From the NCBI GenBank assembly GCA_964252035.1, contig OZ176209.1: a stretch of 64,000 bases of DNA, one strand, 5' to 3'. The translations under genes and the position numbers were made by a program. Below are positions 1 to 26,976 of the stretch, piece by piece. The notes beneath the pieces are model-generated. The model was not told where the DNA came from. It did not search any database and saw only the letters and a list, made by a program, of their open reading frames with translations. Origin of the DNA: Podarcis erhardii. Lineage: Eukaryota. The number at the start of each line of letters is the position of its first letter. Within the stretch, counting starts at the first letter, position 1.

Positions 1-1290
1 AAGCCTTAGTACTTGAAGAATTCTATCCCACTCTCCCCACTCACTAACCTACAACCTTGCTCAGCCTGGGGAAAAAATCAACAAGATTGAATGGAACGGT
101 TTACTAGAGTTCCATCCTTTCCTAAAATTTCCTAGAATGCTACCTACCTGTAAAAGCTGAGTGTAAAAGACAGTTGAAGAAACTCACTCAAAAAGCCAAG
201 GAAAGCCCTATTCAGATCAGGATGTGAATGCAGCTCCAAGACTTACTAGCCATCTCTTCCTCCTCCCCACTAAAGAGGGAATTAGATTCCATTTGGCCTA
301 AAGTAAATCTTCAAAATTTGAAACAGAAAAATTGAACCATTTTACACAGCACAGTGGGATCCTGAAATCTGCCCAATAAGAGATGTTATACTAAGGACAT
401 ATACACCAAGTAAATGGTGACTGCTTAATTTTCCTCAGTATTTTCTGTTGAAGTGCAATTTGGAACTTGAGGTGGGGAGGCATAAGGTTTTATTATTATT
501 GGGTGAAAAATCTAGCTGGTAGTAATTTGAGTACCACAGAGAAATCCAATTAACTTTTAAGAATGAAATGATTTAGTTATGAAAACAGGGGAGTACAGAA
601 AAGAAATCTCTTTTTCTAACACACTTTCTTTAAATCCCTTACACAAAGGGTTGATAAGACATCCAGGTGCTGCAAAAATGCTAGCCAAAATTAAATGTTT
701 TTGTGTTTTTTTTCTGTCTGTAAAGTGGAGAGGTTTGGAACAACTGTAAGACGAGTCAAAACAATTATTATATTTTCAAAATCCACCTATGTCAAATTCA
801 AGGACTCGGGTTCAACTGTCCTTGTGGAAAGTCTCAATTTTAATAAGCAAAACTTACACCATCTCAAATATTCTGTTAAGGAGTATTACACAACATCTTT
901 CTTGTGGTCTATGTGATGGATAAGTTGTTCCTCTCTGCAGCAAGTTTTCATACACAAGCCTCAGACACAATGACAACTGGGCTGGGACATATCTGCCTTT
1001 TAGGTGTTTTTTTGGAGGGGGTGAGAAAAAAAATCATTTCAGGTGTCTTAACATGCAAGGCCAAAACATGTAAAGAGAAGTTAGTTTTCCAGTCAACTCT
1101 TAATTTTAAAAACAAAATTGGAAATGTAGACCGGGGCCAATGTTTTTGGACAGTATCTGATAGTGAACTCTACATCTAACCTGCATTAGGGGAAAACACC
1201 ACAATGGGGATGGAAGGGTGGTGAGGGAAAGGGGAGAAGAGAAGGTTCTTATTTCCAAGTCTTGACTGGTCACCTATAAACCAAATGGTC
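1..1290 (-). other. DDX17: DDX17 3' UTR (continues beyond left edge of window)
   Basis: Lies directly downstream of the DDX17 TGA (1291-1293) on the minus strand; AT-rich, no credible ORF. The cleavage site was not located. Confidence 0.7.
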
Positions 1291-15239
<13,949 letters not shown>

Positions 15240-17340
15240 CCTCACAGGCCGAAGGAGTCCTCTGGCGCCAGGCTACGTGGGCGAGCAAAGCGACGACCGG
15301 AGTCCCGGCGCTGAGAAGACCCGAGCGCGGTTGTTATTGTCCTGCTATATCCCTTCTTTCCCCCGCTAGGGTTCGATTCCCGCAGGCTCCAGGCAGGACG
15401 AATGGAAGCAGGAACCGCTCGGCGCGAAAGACAACGCCGTCTTTCTTCTCCGACCTCCCGACACAAAATGGCCGCCGCCAACCTAGCTTGCCGCCTCTTA
15501 CGTTGTCGGTCTGGCCGACTGTTGCGTAGACTACGGCCCTGAATAGTTGGGTGGAACAGAGGGGGAACGGGCGCCTGCGCTTATTCTCGAAAAACACAAC
15601 GTCGGTCCTGTTGTAAAGGGCCGGTTCAAAAGGATCCTGGTACCGTGCGCGGTACAGAAAATACGTAGGCGTAGCTCCTTGCGTCGGGGAGCCAACTTCT
15701 GCCCATTCTTGAAAGTCATCTGCGCAAATATCCTGTCCTGCGAGCCGAAAGAAAGCTCTACTGGAGGTAATATAAAACTGCCTCCGTAATTTACGTAACT
15801 GGTGCCAGTGCAGCTACATTGCGGTACTGTATGTGAGGAAGCTACGTAACCATCTTTCGTAGAAACTACTGGGGTAGTATAGCAGAGCTACGCACACTAC
15901 GCACACTCTGTAACGTATAGGCTTCAGAGAATATCGACTATCGACTATAGAGAAGCCAACCGCGCTTGTGAGACAATGAACTTCGTATGCCGCAACACGG
16001 ATCCGGTTTTGCCAGCAACTTTCGCTCCTAAAGCTCCAAGACGCGGAATGCTCTCCGAAATTTCAGTTCGCTTCGCTGCCAGAAACCTATTACTACACTA
16101 TAAGCCACGCCAATGTACACGAGCAGTGCGAGATTGCCGGGGTTGCAGGCGAGCCTTAACCCAGGGCTTCAGTTTTGTTTTGTTTTGTTATTGGGATTAG
16201 TATTTACTTTTTTTGGGGGGGCTTGTGCACCACTTTGAGGTCCTCAGGGCTGTGAAGCAGTTTATAAACTTGTAAGCAACCGAAGTACAACGAAACCGCA
16301 GAAATCGTTTAGTTGCGTGATAAGCTTGAGACCAGGGACTTTTGTAAGCACCTTGGGAGCCTTTGTGTCTAAAAGAACTGCTTTTAAGAACATTTTAAAA
16401 TGGTCTGCAGAATCAGACAAAATGTCCACTAGTGTAGCATTCTGTTCTCACAGCGGATAGCTAGATGCCATAGGAATAGTTACAATAATAATTATATCAT
16501 TTATACCCCACCCACTCTGGGCAGCTTCTAGCACATATTAAAACATAATAAAACGTCGAACATTAGAAACTTCCTGATACAAGATATAGCTACAGTCACC
16601 AATTTAGCTTGAAAAGAGGATTAGAAACATTGGCTGTCAGTGGCTACTAGTTATGATGGACATTTCCACTATCAGGCAGCATTCCTCTGAATGCAGGTTG
16701 TTGGAGAACATGAGAGTACAGTACCACCAAATTCATGACCTCTTTGTCAGCTTCCATTTTCTCAGGGTTGTGAGAACAAGTTGCAGTTATCTGGTGCCAG
16801 CATAAACACTGAGATTACTCAAGGTACTGTCTGCTTTATTATTACTGTATGTGTCCTCGGCCCAAATCCTTGAGTTAAAAGCAGCACAGGGTGCTAAACC
16901 TTGATTTATCTGAATGAGGCAGCATCAGAAACCATGGTTTGATCTTGACTTGTTTGGATAAACCACAGGCAGTTTGCATGAATTAACAAATTGCAGTTAG
17001 TTTTAAAAGGAAGCAAATGTTTCTGATCTCATAGTGATTGAGCCCGAGGAAGAGAAGAAAGTCAGGAAGCCCACAAGCCTAAGGTTCAAAAATGTAATGC
17101 TACCAGCCCTCCCCACATTGTGTTCAGGGATGTTCAAAATCACCTTTTGATTATGTTTGGCATTGCTGGATGCAGAGAGTTCCTTGACACATATGCTGTC
17201 AGTGGCACAGATTGCATAGGAAGAATAAGACAATTAGAATAAACTTATTGGGAGGCAGCTTCCACTTGTTACCCACATAACAAATGGAAAAAAAGTAGTT
17301 TAATGCATTTCATGGATGAAAAAGCTAGCAACTGCTACAT

Positions 17341-17346
17341 TTTATT
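17341..17346 (-). terminator. DMC1: Candidate DMC1 polyadenylation signal AATAAA
   Basis: tttatt on + strand about 750 nt downstream of the DMC1 stop; not verified against other candidates. Confidence 0.4.
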
Positions 17347-18093
17347 AAAAATGCAAGTATAAACAATTTAGTTTCAGTTAAATAGAGCTGTCAAGACTCA
17401 TAAAAACAACATTATAAACCATTCTTCTATTCCTCTAGCAAAAACCATTTCCATTTTTCTACACCAGCTTATTCTTTATCTGGAGGCTCCAGTGACAAGC
17501 ATACTTTGCTGGGCAGTTAATAAATACTATTTTATTCTCAATAGCATTCCATGCTATTATATTCCATTCTACATGCAAATATTGTAGGACTTCAAGGACA
17601 TAGTTAGGCAGCCCTTGGCAGTGAAAACAGTGCTGGGTGTTATGTCCTTGAGGTGGAATGTGATTTTTTTGCAACAGAAACATCAGTTTTAAAAAGGGCA
17701 ACAAACAATTAACAACATCTCTTTAAAATAATTTCTAAGCATTTTGTAAGCCTTAATTCTCATACCCACTGGGTTCCTCTCAGCCTATTGAAATTGCTTT
17801 GTATTGACACCTAAGTTGTAGCAAGCCAGTTGCCACTTTGCACAAAATATGTGTCGGCATGCAAAAAGCTCAGCCATACAGGTTTCAGAGGTTGACCGTG
17901 ACCAGTTTACTACCTTCATAGAGCCAACCTGCTCTACAATTACAAAAGATCACAACATTCCCAGTGATAATGTCAACAAGTGTTTAGAAATTAAAACACT
18001 CTGGATCTGGAACAAAAGTAACCAGGAATTAACTAACTTTAGACACGATTTAGCTTGTGGGCATGCCTTCCTTTGTTCACCACCAAGTTCTGC

Positions 18094-21000
18094 CTATTCT
18101 TTGGCATCTCCAATTCCTCCAGCAGTTATTGCAAATGTGGCTTCATTCTCAGGCATTTCTGGGCTGAGAAAACACAGAATTTGAGTCCATTTTTAATAAC
18201 TGTACATGCAGGCATTGATATGTAGAAGGGGGAGGGGGAATCCAGTGCATACATTACTTTTATGGGGGTTTGGATACAATTTATTTTGACTTTCTCATTG
18301 AATTGATTTCTTTTTTTTTACATGGTAGAAGCAATAGCCTTGATACTCAGACTTGGTTACCATCCTCCTTAATATCAGACAGACACCCATAGGCCTAAGC
18401 TAATTAGCAAGAACTGTTAATTACACATTTGGTTCTTTTGAAGGTGCCAAGGAGGAGAGAAGTTTAGTTCAGATTAGTAAGGGCAGTTTTCCCTCTTATT
18501 TGGAACCTGAATCTTAATTTGAAGATAAGAGTGCCTCCTTCATTCACACTTTCCTTTTTTATAAACATCCATTCAGAAACAAAGTTAACTTGAAGCCAAA
18601 TAAACCATAATAAGTCATTGGAACTATAGCATGCACTGTACCACACAACTTCAATATTACCTATCATATATCTTGGCAATACGCAACTCTCCTCTTCCTT
18701 TACGCAAACTAATCCTAGTTGTAGAAGCATGAGCGAGGATGTGGCCCCCAATGGGCTTTTTGGGATCAGCCTGAAAGCTAAAACAAACAAACAAAAAGAG
18801 AATGATTGGATGAGAGTTATAGGATAATTTAGGGTTGCCATATTTCAAAAAGTAGAAATCCAGACACAAAAGTTGTTGAGATTTGATTTCATTTGATTTT
18901 AGGCCAGAGTTGTTGAGGTTTTTTTTTTAGTTTTGCCCAAATAAAAAATGAAGTGTTAAGAAAAATCACTATGTCCGGGAAATTTTGGACGTATGGCTAC
19001 CCTAGAATAATTGTGATGGCCAACACCCTTCCATACATTGCAGAGCAATGATCACCAGCTGCTTCAGATAGGGAATTTTTAAGGGATACATAAAAGGTAC
19101 ATCACTTCTGGTTACAAACACATAAAGATAATTGTAGTAAAGAATAGCTGTGGATGTTATTTTGTTTAATTTCTATATTTTCTCTACTACTACAACCTTG
19201 AATGTGGTCCTTCAATGCTACCTTGAAATTGCTTAGGGCTTGTCCACAAATGACAGCCCTAAGCAGAGCAAAAAAGAAAAGAAAAGTGCTCCAACAAAAA
19301 AGCATGAAGCAAAGGTACTGCTAAGTGGCAGGGCTCATCCACACTTAACTTTGCTCCACATTTCTAGGCACAGGTCCAGGCTTTCCAGCTCTGTGTCTGA
19401 GTGCTTTTTTTCTTTTTGCCCCTGGGCTTTCCCCATGAAAACCCACTCTGTGGGTAATCTGTGGGAAGTCCAAATTGCTGTTTGCCCTGATTCAGCGGTA
19501 AACACCAGGTTTTTCTGGGGGGGGGTGGGTGAAAGAGCTCAGACACGGACTGGGAGTGTGGACCTGTGCCTAGAAAGCATAGGCCAATAGTTAAGTGTGG
19601 ATAACCCCATAGTGTTCCAAGAAACACAAGGGGCTATGAAGGAAATTACTCCCCATGTTCCTCCACTGTCTGTTAGGCATTGTCAGAACCATCCCTACTC
19701 AGCTGATGCTATATACATTTTTTTTAAAATGCAAAGACACTTAACACTGTCAGGTTTCCAAGCTGAAAAGTGCCGATACTCAGATGAGAAGCTCCCCAGA
19801 ACTATTTATATCTGAAAGCGAAACTCTAGTGATCTCCATCCTTCTCCTTATGAACTTCAACTGGCATATTCTGGAAATGTGGATTTTTTAAGGGGCCACA
19901 TTCTGAGACTGATATTGATGGAAAGGGGCATGAGTTGCACCAATGGCTAACTGGTCTTTCTTTACCCATAATTGCAGTGCACTCTCAGAGAAGTAAGAAT
20001 ATAGAAAAACCTGTTTAACATTCTTCATATCCTAGCCCTCCCTATACTATCTTACTTCCTATTTCTGTGGTTTATGAAAAATTGCAGTAAATTGCTAATA
20101 AATTGCTTACGTCATTGTTGCTCCCGGGTCAGCAGTCATCTGGTTAGTTACAAACACAGCCACGTTATATTCTGCAGTGAAAACAAGGTCCAAGGGAAGA
20201 TGATAAATATAAAGAGAAAATTCATTATGTTTCCTCCCAGAATGCTTTTAAGCATTTCTAGTAATAAATGGTGAACTATGCTTATTAAAGTTCCCATAAT
20301 ATTGAAAAATATTAACTGCGTTTTAAACAACTAGCACATTTTTGTTACATTTTATGGTGGAGTGGAGGTGTGAAATACATTTCCCACAACCAAACTTGAC
20401 ACTTATCTACTACACTATACTTGCTCTCCTGGCAGTATATTATTTGGTGAAAATACCGGTGCTTAAAGAAGAAGAAGAAAAAAGATAATAGCCTTGGGCT
20501 GCACTAACAGTTATTTTTCAGTCATCTAAAAGCATGGTATTCTGCCTTACATGCTTCTCATACCTTCTGATATTTTTTGAAGCCTTGACAGCATCTGAGC
20601 AAGCTTCTGTTGCCTTTCAGCCAGTTCCCCCCGACCACTGAAGTCCACGCGGAATAGCGCCATAATGGAATCGATTACCTGCAAAGAAATAGTAGAGAGG
20701 GAGAGGATGTGAAAGGAGAAAAATTTACTTGGAAAATATTCAAGATATATAAATGAACAGCACAATCTTATACATGTCTACTCAGAATTGAGTCCCATTG
20801 GGTCCCATGCTGGGTTTTCTGTGGGGTTGTTTTTTTGGAGCTGTTAAGTTGTGTTCTTTTATAGTACAGCAATGGATTTTAAATTTGGACTTCTATTTTT
20901 ATTTTTCTGTGTTTTACATGTTAGCTGCTTTGAACTACTCCTTTGGGAGGGAGGAAATTAGGTATACATTTTAGAATAAATGTAACATAAATTGAGTTCT

Positions 21001-24000
21001 GTGGGGTTTATTATTTATTAATAATAAATTATTAATAAATATTTATTAATTTATATTATATTTCTTTTTTATTATTTATTAATATTATTATTTATATTTA
21101 TATAAATAATAATATTATTTATATAAATAATATATTATTTATATAAATAATATTATTTATTATTTATTATTATTTATATTTCTTTTTTTATTAAATTTGT
21201 ATACCACCCTATACTCATAGATCTTGGGATGGTTCACAACATAAAATTACAATATAAAAACTACAAAGTACATACGTAATAAAAATAAGGAAAGCGGAGC
21301 AGATCACTAACATAAACATATGAGTTATACCAATAGTTTGAAAATGCCTGGCTCCTCGTGGAATTTGGCAGCAACATAGTCAAGCAATTCCATCTGATGT
21401 TCACCTTGAAGCACCATGGAAGAATGATAAAAACAGGAAAAGCAGTTAGAAACCAATATGAAAGGGGGGAAGAAGTAGGTAGCTTGCTTAGAAAGTAGAA
21501 ACTTGTGTTCCAGAGGATTTGGTGGAAGCATAGTTTTCCACCAACAAAAATATATTGTATCTTTCATCTCATGTAATAATATCATGGATAAGGTTCCATC
21601 CACAAAACGTTTAAGATTTTTAAAAATATTATGCTATACTGAAGGACTTGAAGTGGCTTTTGCACATCCAAAAAGAGCTTTTGACACAATTGATTGTTGA
21701 AGAAGCAGTGGAAATCAACCCCACATTTACAGCTTTAGTTGACTTTGAGCAATGCTACTGTGGACTGTCTTCTGCATTTTTTTCTTGAGATAACTGCTAC
21801 GTTTCTGCTTTAGGCAAAGGTAACTATCTAAAGGTAAGGGATCATATAATTATACCACTTGTTATCATTGCTGTTTGCTCTGAATCAGCAGTAAAGCATA
21901 GGTTTTTGCAGGGAGAGCTCCAGAGCAAAAAAAAAAAAAAAAAAGGTTACTTGGACCACAGACCTTAAAGCATGGACTGTGCATGGAAAACACAGAGGAA
22001 AGGTACATGTGGATAAGCCCTGTGGGTTCATCCCAATGCAGGTAAGCTTTATACCCCAGACTTAAATTTGTTCTGCTGAAACCTACTTTTACCCAATGCA
22101 AATTAGGTAAAATAATCATATACACTACAAGAATACATAAGGACTACAACAACAAAAATATAGAGTTCATATTTTAAAATGGTAATTCATAATATTCCTG
22201 ATGGCCCCTTGGTACTGAGCTGAAAATGGTTTAATCTTAAAGTGGGGAGGATTTCCATGCAATCTTCAGTTGCAATCTTACTTGTATATGCCCGTGCATA
22301 TAATACATTGTCAAGAACTGCATCATGGTCTGCATTGAAGCGATCAGCAATATCACGAAGACGGTCTGGACGGCTGGGGTGTTTCCTTGTTAAGGTATCT
22401 AGTTTCTAATCCAGTTTCTGAGAAGTGGTAGCTGAATTCCCATACAAGCAAAAATTCTTCTCAGCAGTTCTTCATGCACTACAGTTAATTAAATAAATGG
22501 TATTCTCTACACACCCACCCATAAAACTCAAGTTTCATATAAATGGCTTTTCAAATCTTAACACCACAAAACATTTTTTTTATTGTCACCATTAGGAAAA
22601 TCTTCCAATTTATTCTGTTAATATCTCAAAAGAAAGGATACAAGGTGTTTTCCGTGTCAATGAAAATAATCTTCCCACCAGTATAGCCATCCGTTCCAGG
22701 AAGCTGGGCAGTTACTATAAAACACACAATAAGGAGTGAACAAATTTAAGCCCTACTACATGCCATTTTAATACCTGGAATTTTTCATTATTGATAATCA
22801 CTATCAACTTTATAGTAAGGCCAGTGTAAATCCTCAAGACTACTTAGAAGTATCCCAAGTAATTTCTGTTCTTGACCAGCCCCCAAAGGCATGATCAAAA
22901 GCTCACAACGTGGAAGGAAGTTCCAAGAAAGTGGAGGAACTTCCCTTTTCATAGAGCATAGCAGAGTTCACTGGTTAATGACTCCGCCATTGGGGCTGCC
23001 ATACACCCAGATTTTCCTGGACATTCCTGGTGCTTTGTCCTGGGTCTTGTGCAAAAAAACTCAACAACTTTTGGGGTGTCTTGGCTTTTACTCCTTGAAA
23101 TATGGCAACCCTATCCTACATTAGCTGGAGCAGAGGGCCTTTTGACCCTAGAAAACTGGGGAAAGGTCAATTTTGTTCTAGCTGTTGAGGAATGAGATTG
23201 AGGGTGTTGTTTTCTCTTCACTGTCCCGTCCCCCTGCTGTACTAGCTGAGGAACCCAATGATATGATCCCTTGGGGGATATGCAGACCTTTGAGTCCTGC
23301 AGGTCCTAAGCCTCCATCACTCTACCCCAACTCTGTTGGTAGTAGCCTCCTGCCTGCTTGGGCATACCAGAAGCCTCAGCTGTGGTATATTCCTCCCCAT
23401 CTCAGCAGCACTCCTTTCCTTTGGCAGGGAGGTGAATATACACCATCCTAACCTCTCCCAGGCAACAACATTGGAGGGGTTTTAGGATTGTACCCTAAGT
23501 TAAGTTAGATCTGGAAATTATAAATAACATTAAAATAGTAATCAGAGTTAGTGGCAGTTTTTTTATTTGTAAAACTAATATACGTTTAGGTCTTCGTCCT
23601 TAAGATAGATAATCTCGATGCAGAAATATTTATATTAGTTATTATTTTAAAAGCAAATTACAAGTTTTTGGAAACAGAACATACAGCTCTCAGGATGGGT
23701 GTCATATACATACCACAAAGAGTGTGGGAAAGCTGAGTTTTGCCGGTTCGGAATTCTAATTAAAAATATAAAGAATTAAATTTGCTAGTCATATGAAACA
23801 ATATAGTCAGTATTATCCCCCCCCCCGCCCCGCTGCCCAAAACACACACACACAAATTATTTGGGCTGCTTTCTGCAGAAAGCAGAATTGAACTCCCCAT
23901 GCATCAGCTGATGTTTAGGCAAGTTTGCCTGAACACTGCACAAAGCTGGATTAAGTTTAAGAAATTTAGGGCATAACTTAAACTGATCTTGAAAGAAATA

Positions 24001-26934
24001 TTTATTTTAAATTACCCATTCACTCTTTTTACTCATTTATATGGCCCCACTAAAAACATTAATGGCGGACATCCCCAGCAAATACATGCACTACAAAAAT
24101 AGGGGTATGCCCCCCTAAATATTTCTGCAAACAAGCCAGAGTATCGTACCACCCAAACACACACTTATAATAGCTTAGGGAAGTGAACATGTTCCATGAT
24201 ATACTTTCACTCACCCCCAAAGGCTTCAGTAATTGCCATGCTTTCAATTCCACCACCCAAGAGTTTACTGGAAGTGCAGATAAGGGGAAGAAGTTATGCA
24301 AAACAGGTCACAAAGCCAAGAAAGCAATATGAAATAAACTTTTTGCTGTAACGAAAGTGTGCCCATGTTGAAAGACCCTGCATGTGATTTTCACAGCCTG
24401 TAGGGACAACATGGGTTGCTATTAGCTGGCTTTGATTTTACAGGAAGTTGCTATTCCTTTAGATCTTGAATATACATTATAGGGTTACTGTTGTGACATC
24501 AAATGACATTTGTACAGTCATTCAAACAAGATATGAACAAGCCTGTTGGCCACAGATGCAGCCCCTTTGCACAAACTGGCAAATAAACCAGAAATTCTTC
24601 CATTAACTCTTGTTTCCCATTTTATCTGAATCAGGAAGCTATAATTAACATCTTCAGAACAAGCCACAATATTAAGCTATGGTTTGAAGTTGGCTTAATA
24701 AACTTGCTTGTTCTGAAGAAGCAGTAGAAGAGGAAGATATAAATAACTGGTAGATAGAGTTTCTGATATTTAAATATTTTGGCCACAATCCAACATGGAG
24801 TTTGCTACACTTGTTCATTGAAACAAATGGGCTTAAACTTGCCAAACTGTGTTGGACTCTAACCTTTTAATGTATATTGATCTTTAGCCCACTTATTTGT
24901 ACACTATTTTTAAAAAAAGGAAGTTTGTGCTTTAAATGTGGTTTGTACATACTTTTCCCCTATCTACTAAATTGCCACCCATTTTGCCTAATAATATAAT
25001 TGCCAACTGCTCCATCTTTCTTAAAGGATGGGGAGTAACCAACATGGCTTGTCCTGTTATTTGACTTCAATCATCTGGGAAAGAGGACATCACTTGGGGA
25101 ACCATTGCTCCTCCACCCCCACTACCATGCCAAGAATATGGACACCTACCCAAGTCATCTCTTGTGCTGTAGGAGGCACTTCTGACAGAAAAGGGCAATG
25201 GCCTTTCAAAAGAACAGACAGCTCTTCATAGTGCTGATAGGCAGTTCAATCAGAAGACCCAGAAGGCTTCCGCATAGTACTGAGGCAACAGCTCTCCCTA
25301 GCCACCACTGGGTACTCTGAATTCTCCAGGAGATGAAAAGCTGCCTTGTGATTCCTGGCTTCCTGGTTAGGTTTTGACAACTGCTCCAGATTTACAGAAT
25401 GTGCAATCCTCCTGATGTTGCTAGAATACAACACCAACTTCCCTGCTCATTATCCAAGCTAGCTAGAGCTGATGGGAACTGTGGTCCAACAACACCTAGA
25501 GGGACACAGGTTTCCCATCCCTAGTCTACCCTTACTGGATTGTCAGTTTTGACTCAATTACTTGACTGGACTTCCTTTGTCTTGACCCTGCTCTTGGGAT
25601 TGCATCCTCTGTCCTATAAGGAGTGTCAGGACATCAGCTTGGACTTCCCTAGGACCTTAAGTTGGGAGAAGACAGGATAATGGCCCTGGCATCATTAGGC
25701 TTCAGTCCTATATACACACTTGTCTGGGAGTAAGGTCCATTGAATTTAGCAGGACTTGTTTCAGAGCAGCCATGCATGGTGTGACACTGTTAGCTGTTAA
25801 ATTGGGTCTGGATATAGAACTTGTTAGCAAACAAACAAATAACAAAACAAGCAGCAACAACAAAAGCTTAAATAAAAAGCAGTGTTGGCTGTTTACTAAC
25901 TCAAATTCTTGACTTCCAGTGGTGATATGGAATACCATCCTACGTTTCTCACTGTACTCAAAAGCTGTCAAAAATCCTGGTTCCTGTAAGAAGCACAAAG
26001 CAGTTGAAACCTTAATCAGCATAAACAATGATCAAGGATGATGGGAGCTCTAGTCCCACAACATCTAGATGGCCACACATTCCCCAACCCTTGTCTACCC
26101 TAACTGGCAGCTGAAATCCTAGATTTCAGAGAGGGGGTGTCTTCCAGCCCTATCAGGACATACTGAAGATTGAACCTGGAACCTTTGGCATGCTAAGCAT
26201 GTGCTGTAGCCACGACCCTTCCCTACTTAATAGAGAAGAGTCCTCTACTGCAGGGCTGTCTGGTCCATTAAAAAAATAATAATGTGTCGGCTGGCTGTAA
26301 GGTTGTGTTCAGTGGAATGAAGAGAGAAGCAATTTTTCATGATTCCCTGCCTCCCCCAAACTTCCAGTTCTACCCCAGAGTGTTAGGAGAACCCCCTAGA
26401 GCAGATTTAGGAGGACACAGGAGGCTGCAGTGGGGAGGGGAAATAGCTGGAAATTGCTTCCCACCCAGTCCTGCTGATAGAAGTCAATCAACTGATCAAT
26501 ACCATTGGATACATACAACACATTCTTTCTAAATTTGCACATATGAAGTAGCATATGCAGGTATGTGCCATATTTTGTCCTTTTTGTGATGCATTTCCTC
26601 TGTTTCTGTGATAGTTGACATCTGATTAGAAGGCAATTTCAAACTACTGAACTAGTGAATTAATGTTTACTGCATGTTTTGACAATGATCTCTAAAACAT
26701 GGGAAGCAGCTACACATTTATTTCATTATGTGTTTACCATGAGTACAAATTGCAGAAAGCCATGGTTCTCTTGCCACATGCTTTCAAAGTTAATGTGGTG
26801 AAACAAATGCATTGAACTGCCTCACAATGGCTCATCATAGAAAAACACAGCTTCCATAATATGTGAAATTGACCTCTAAGATAAGTGTTTTGACCAAGAA
26901 AGTACTTAGCTAGGAATATACCAACAGTTACTCC

Positions 26935-26976
<42 letters not shown>

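Noticed and set aside
15242-15481. 79-codon minus ORF in the DDX17 leader, the same length as the human p82 extension
   Set aside because: Starts at TTG, is in a different frame from DDX17, ends in TGA before the ATG and shows no real similarity to the p82 extension; the length match is coincidental.
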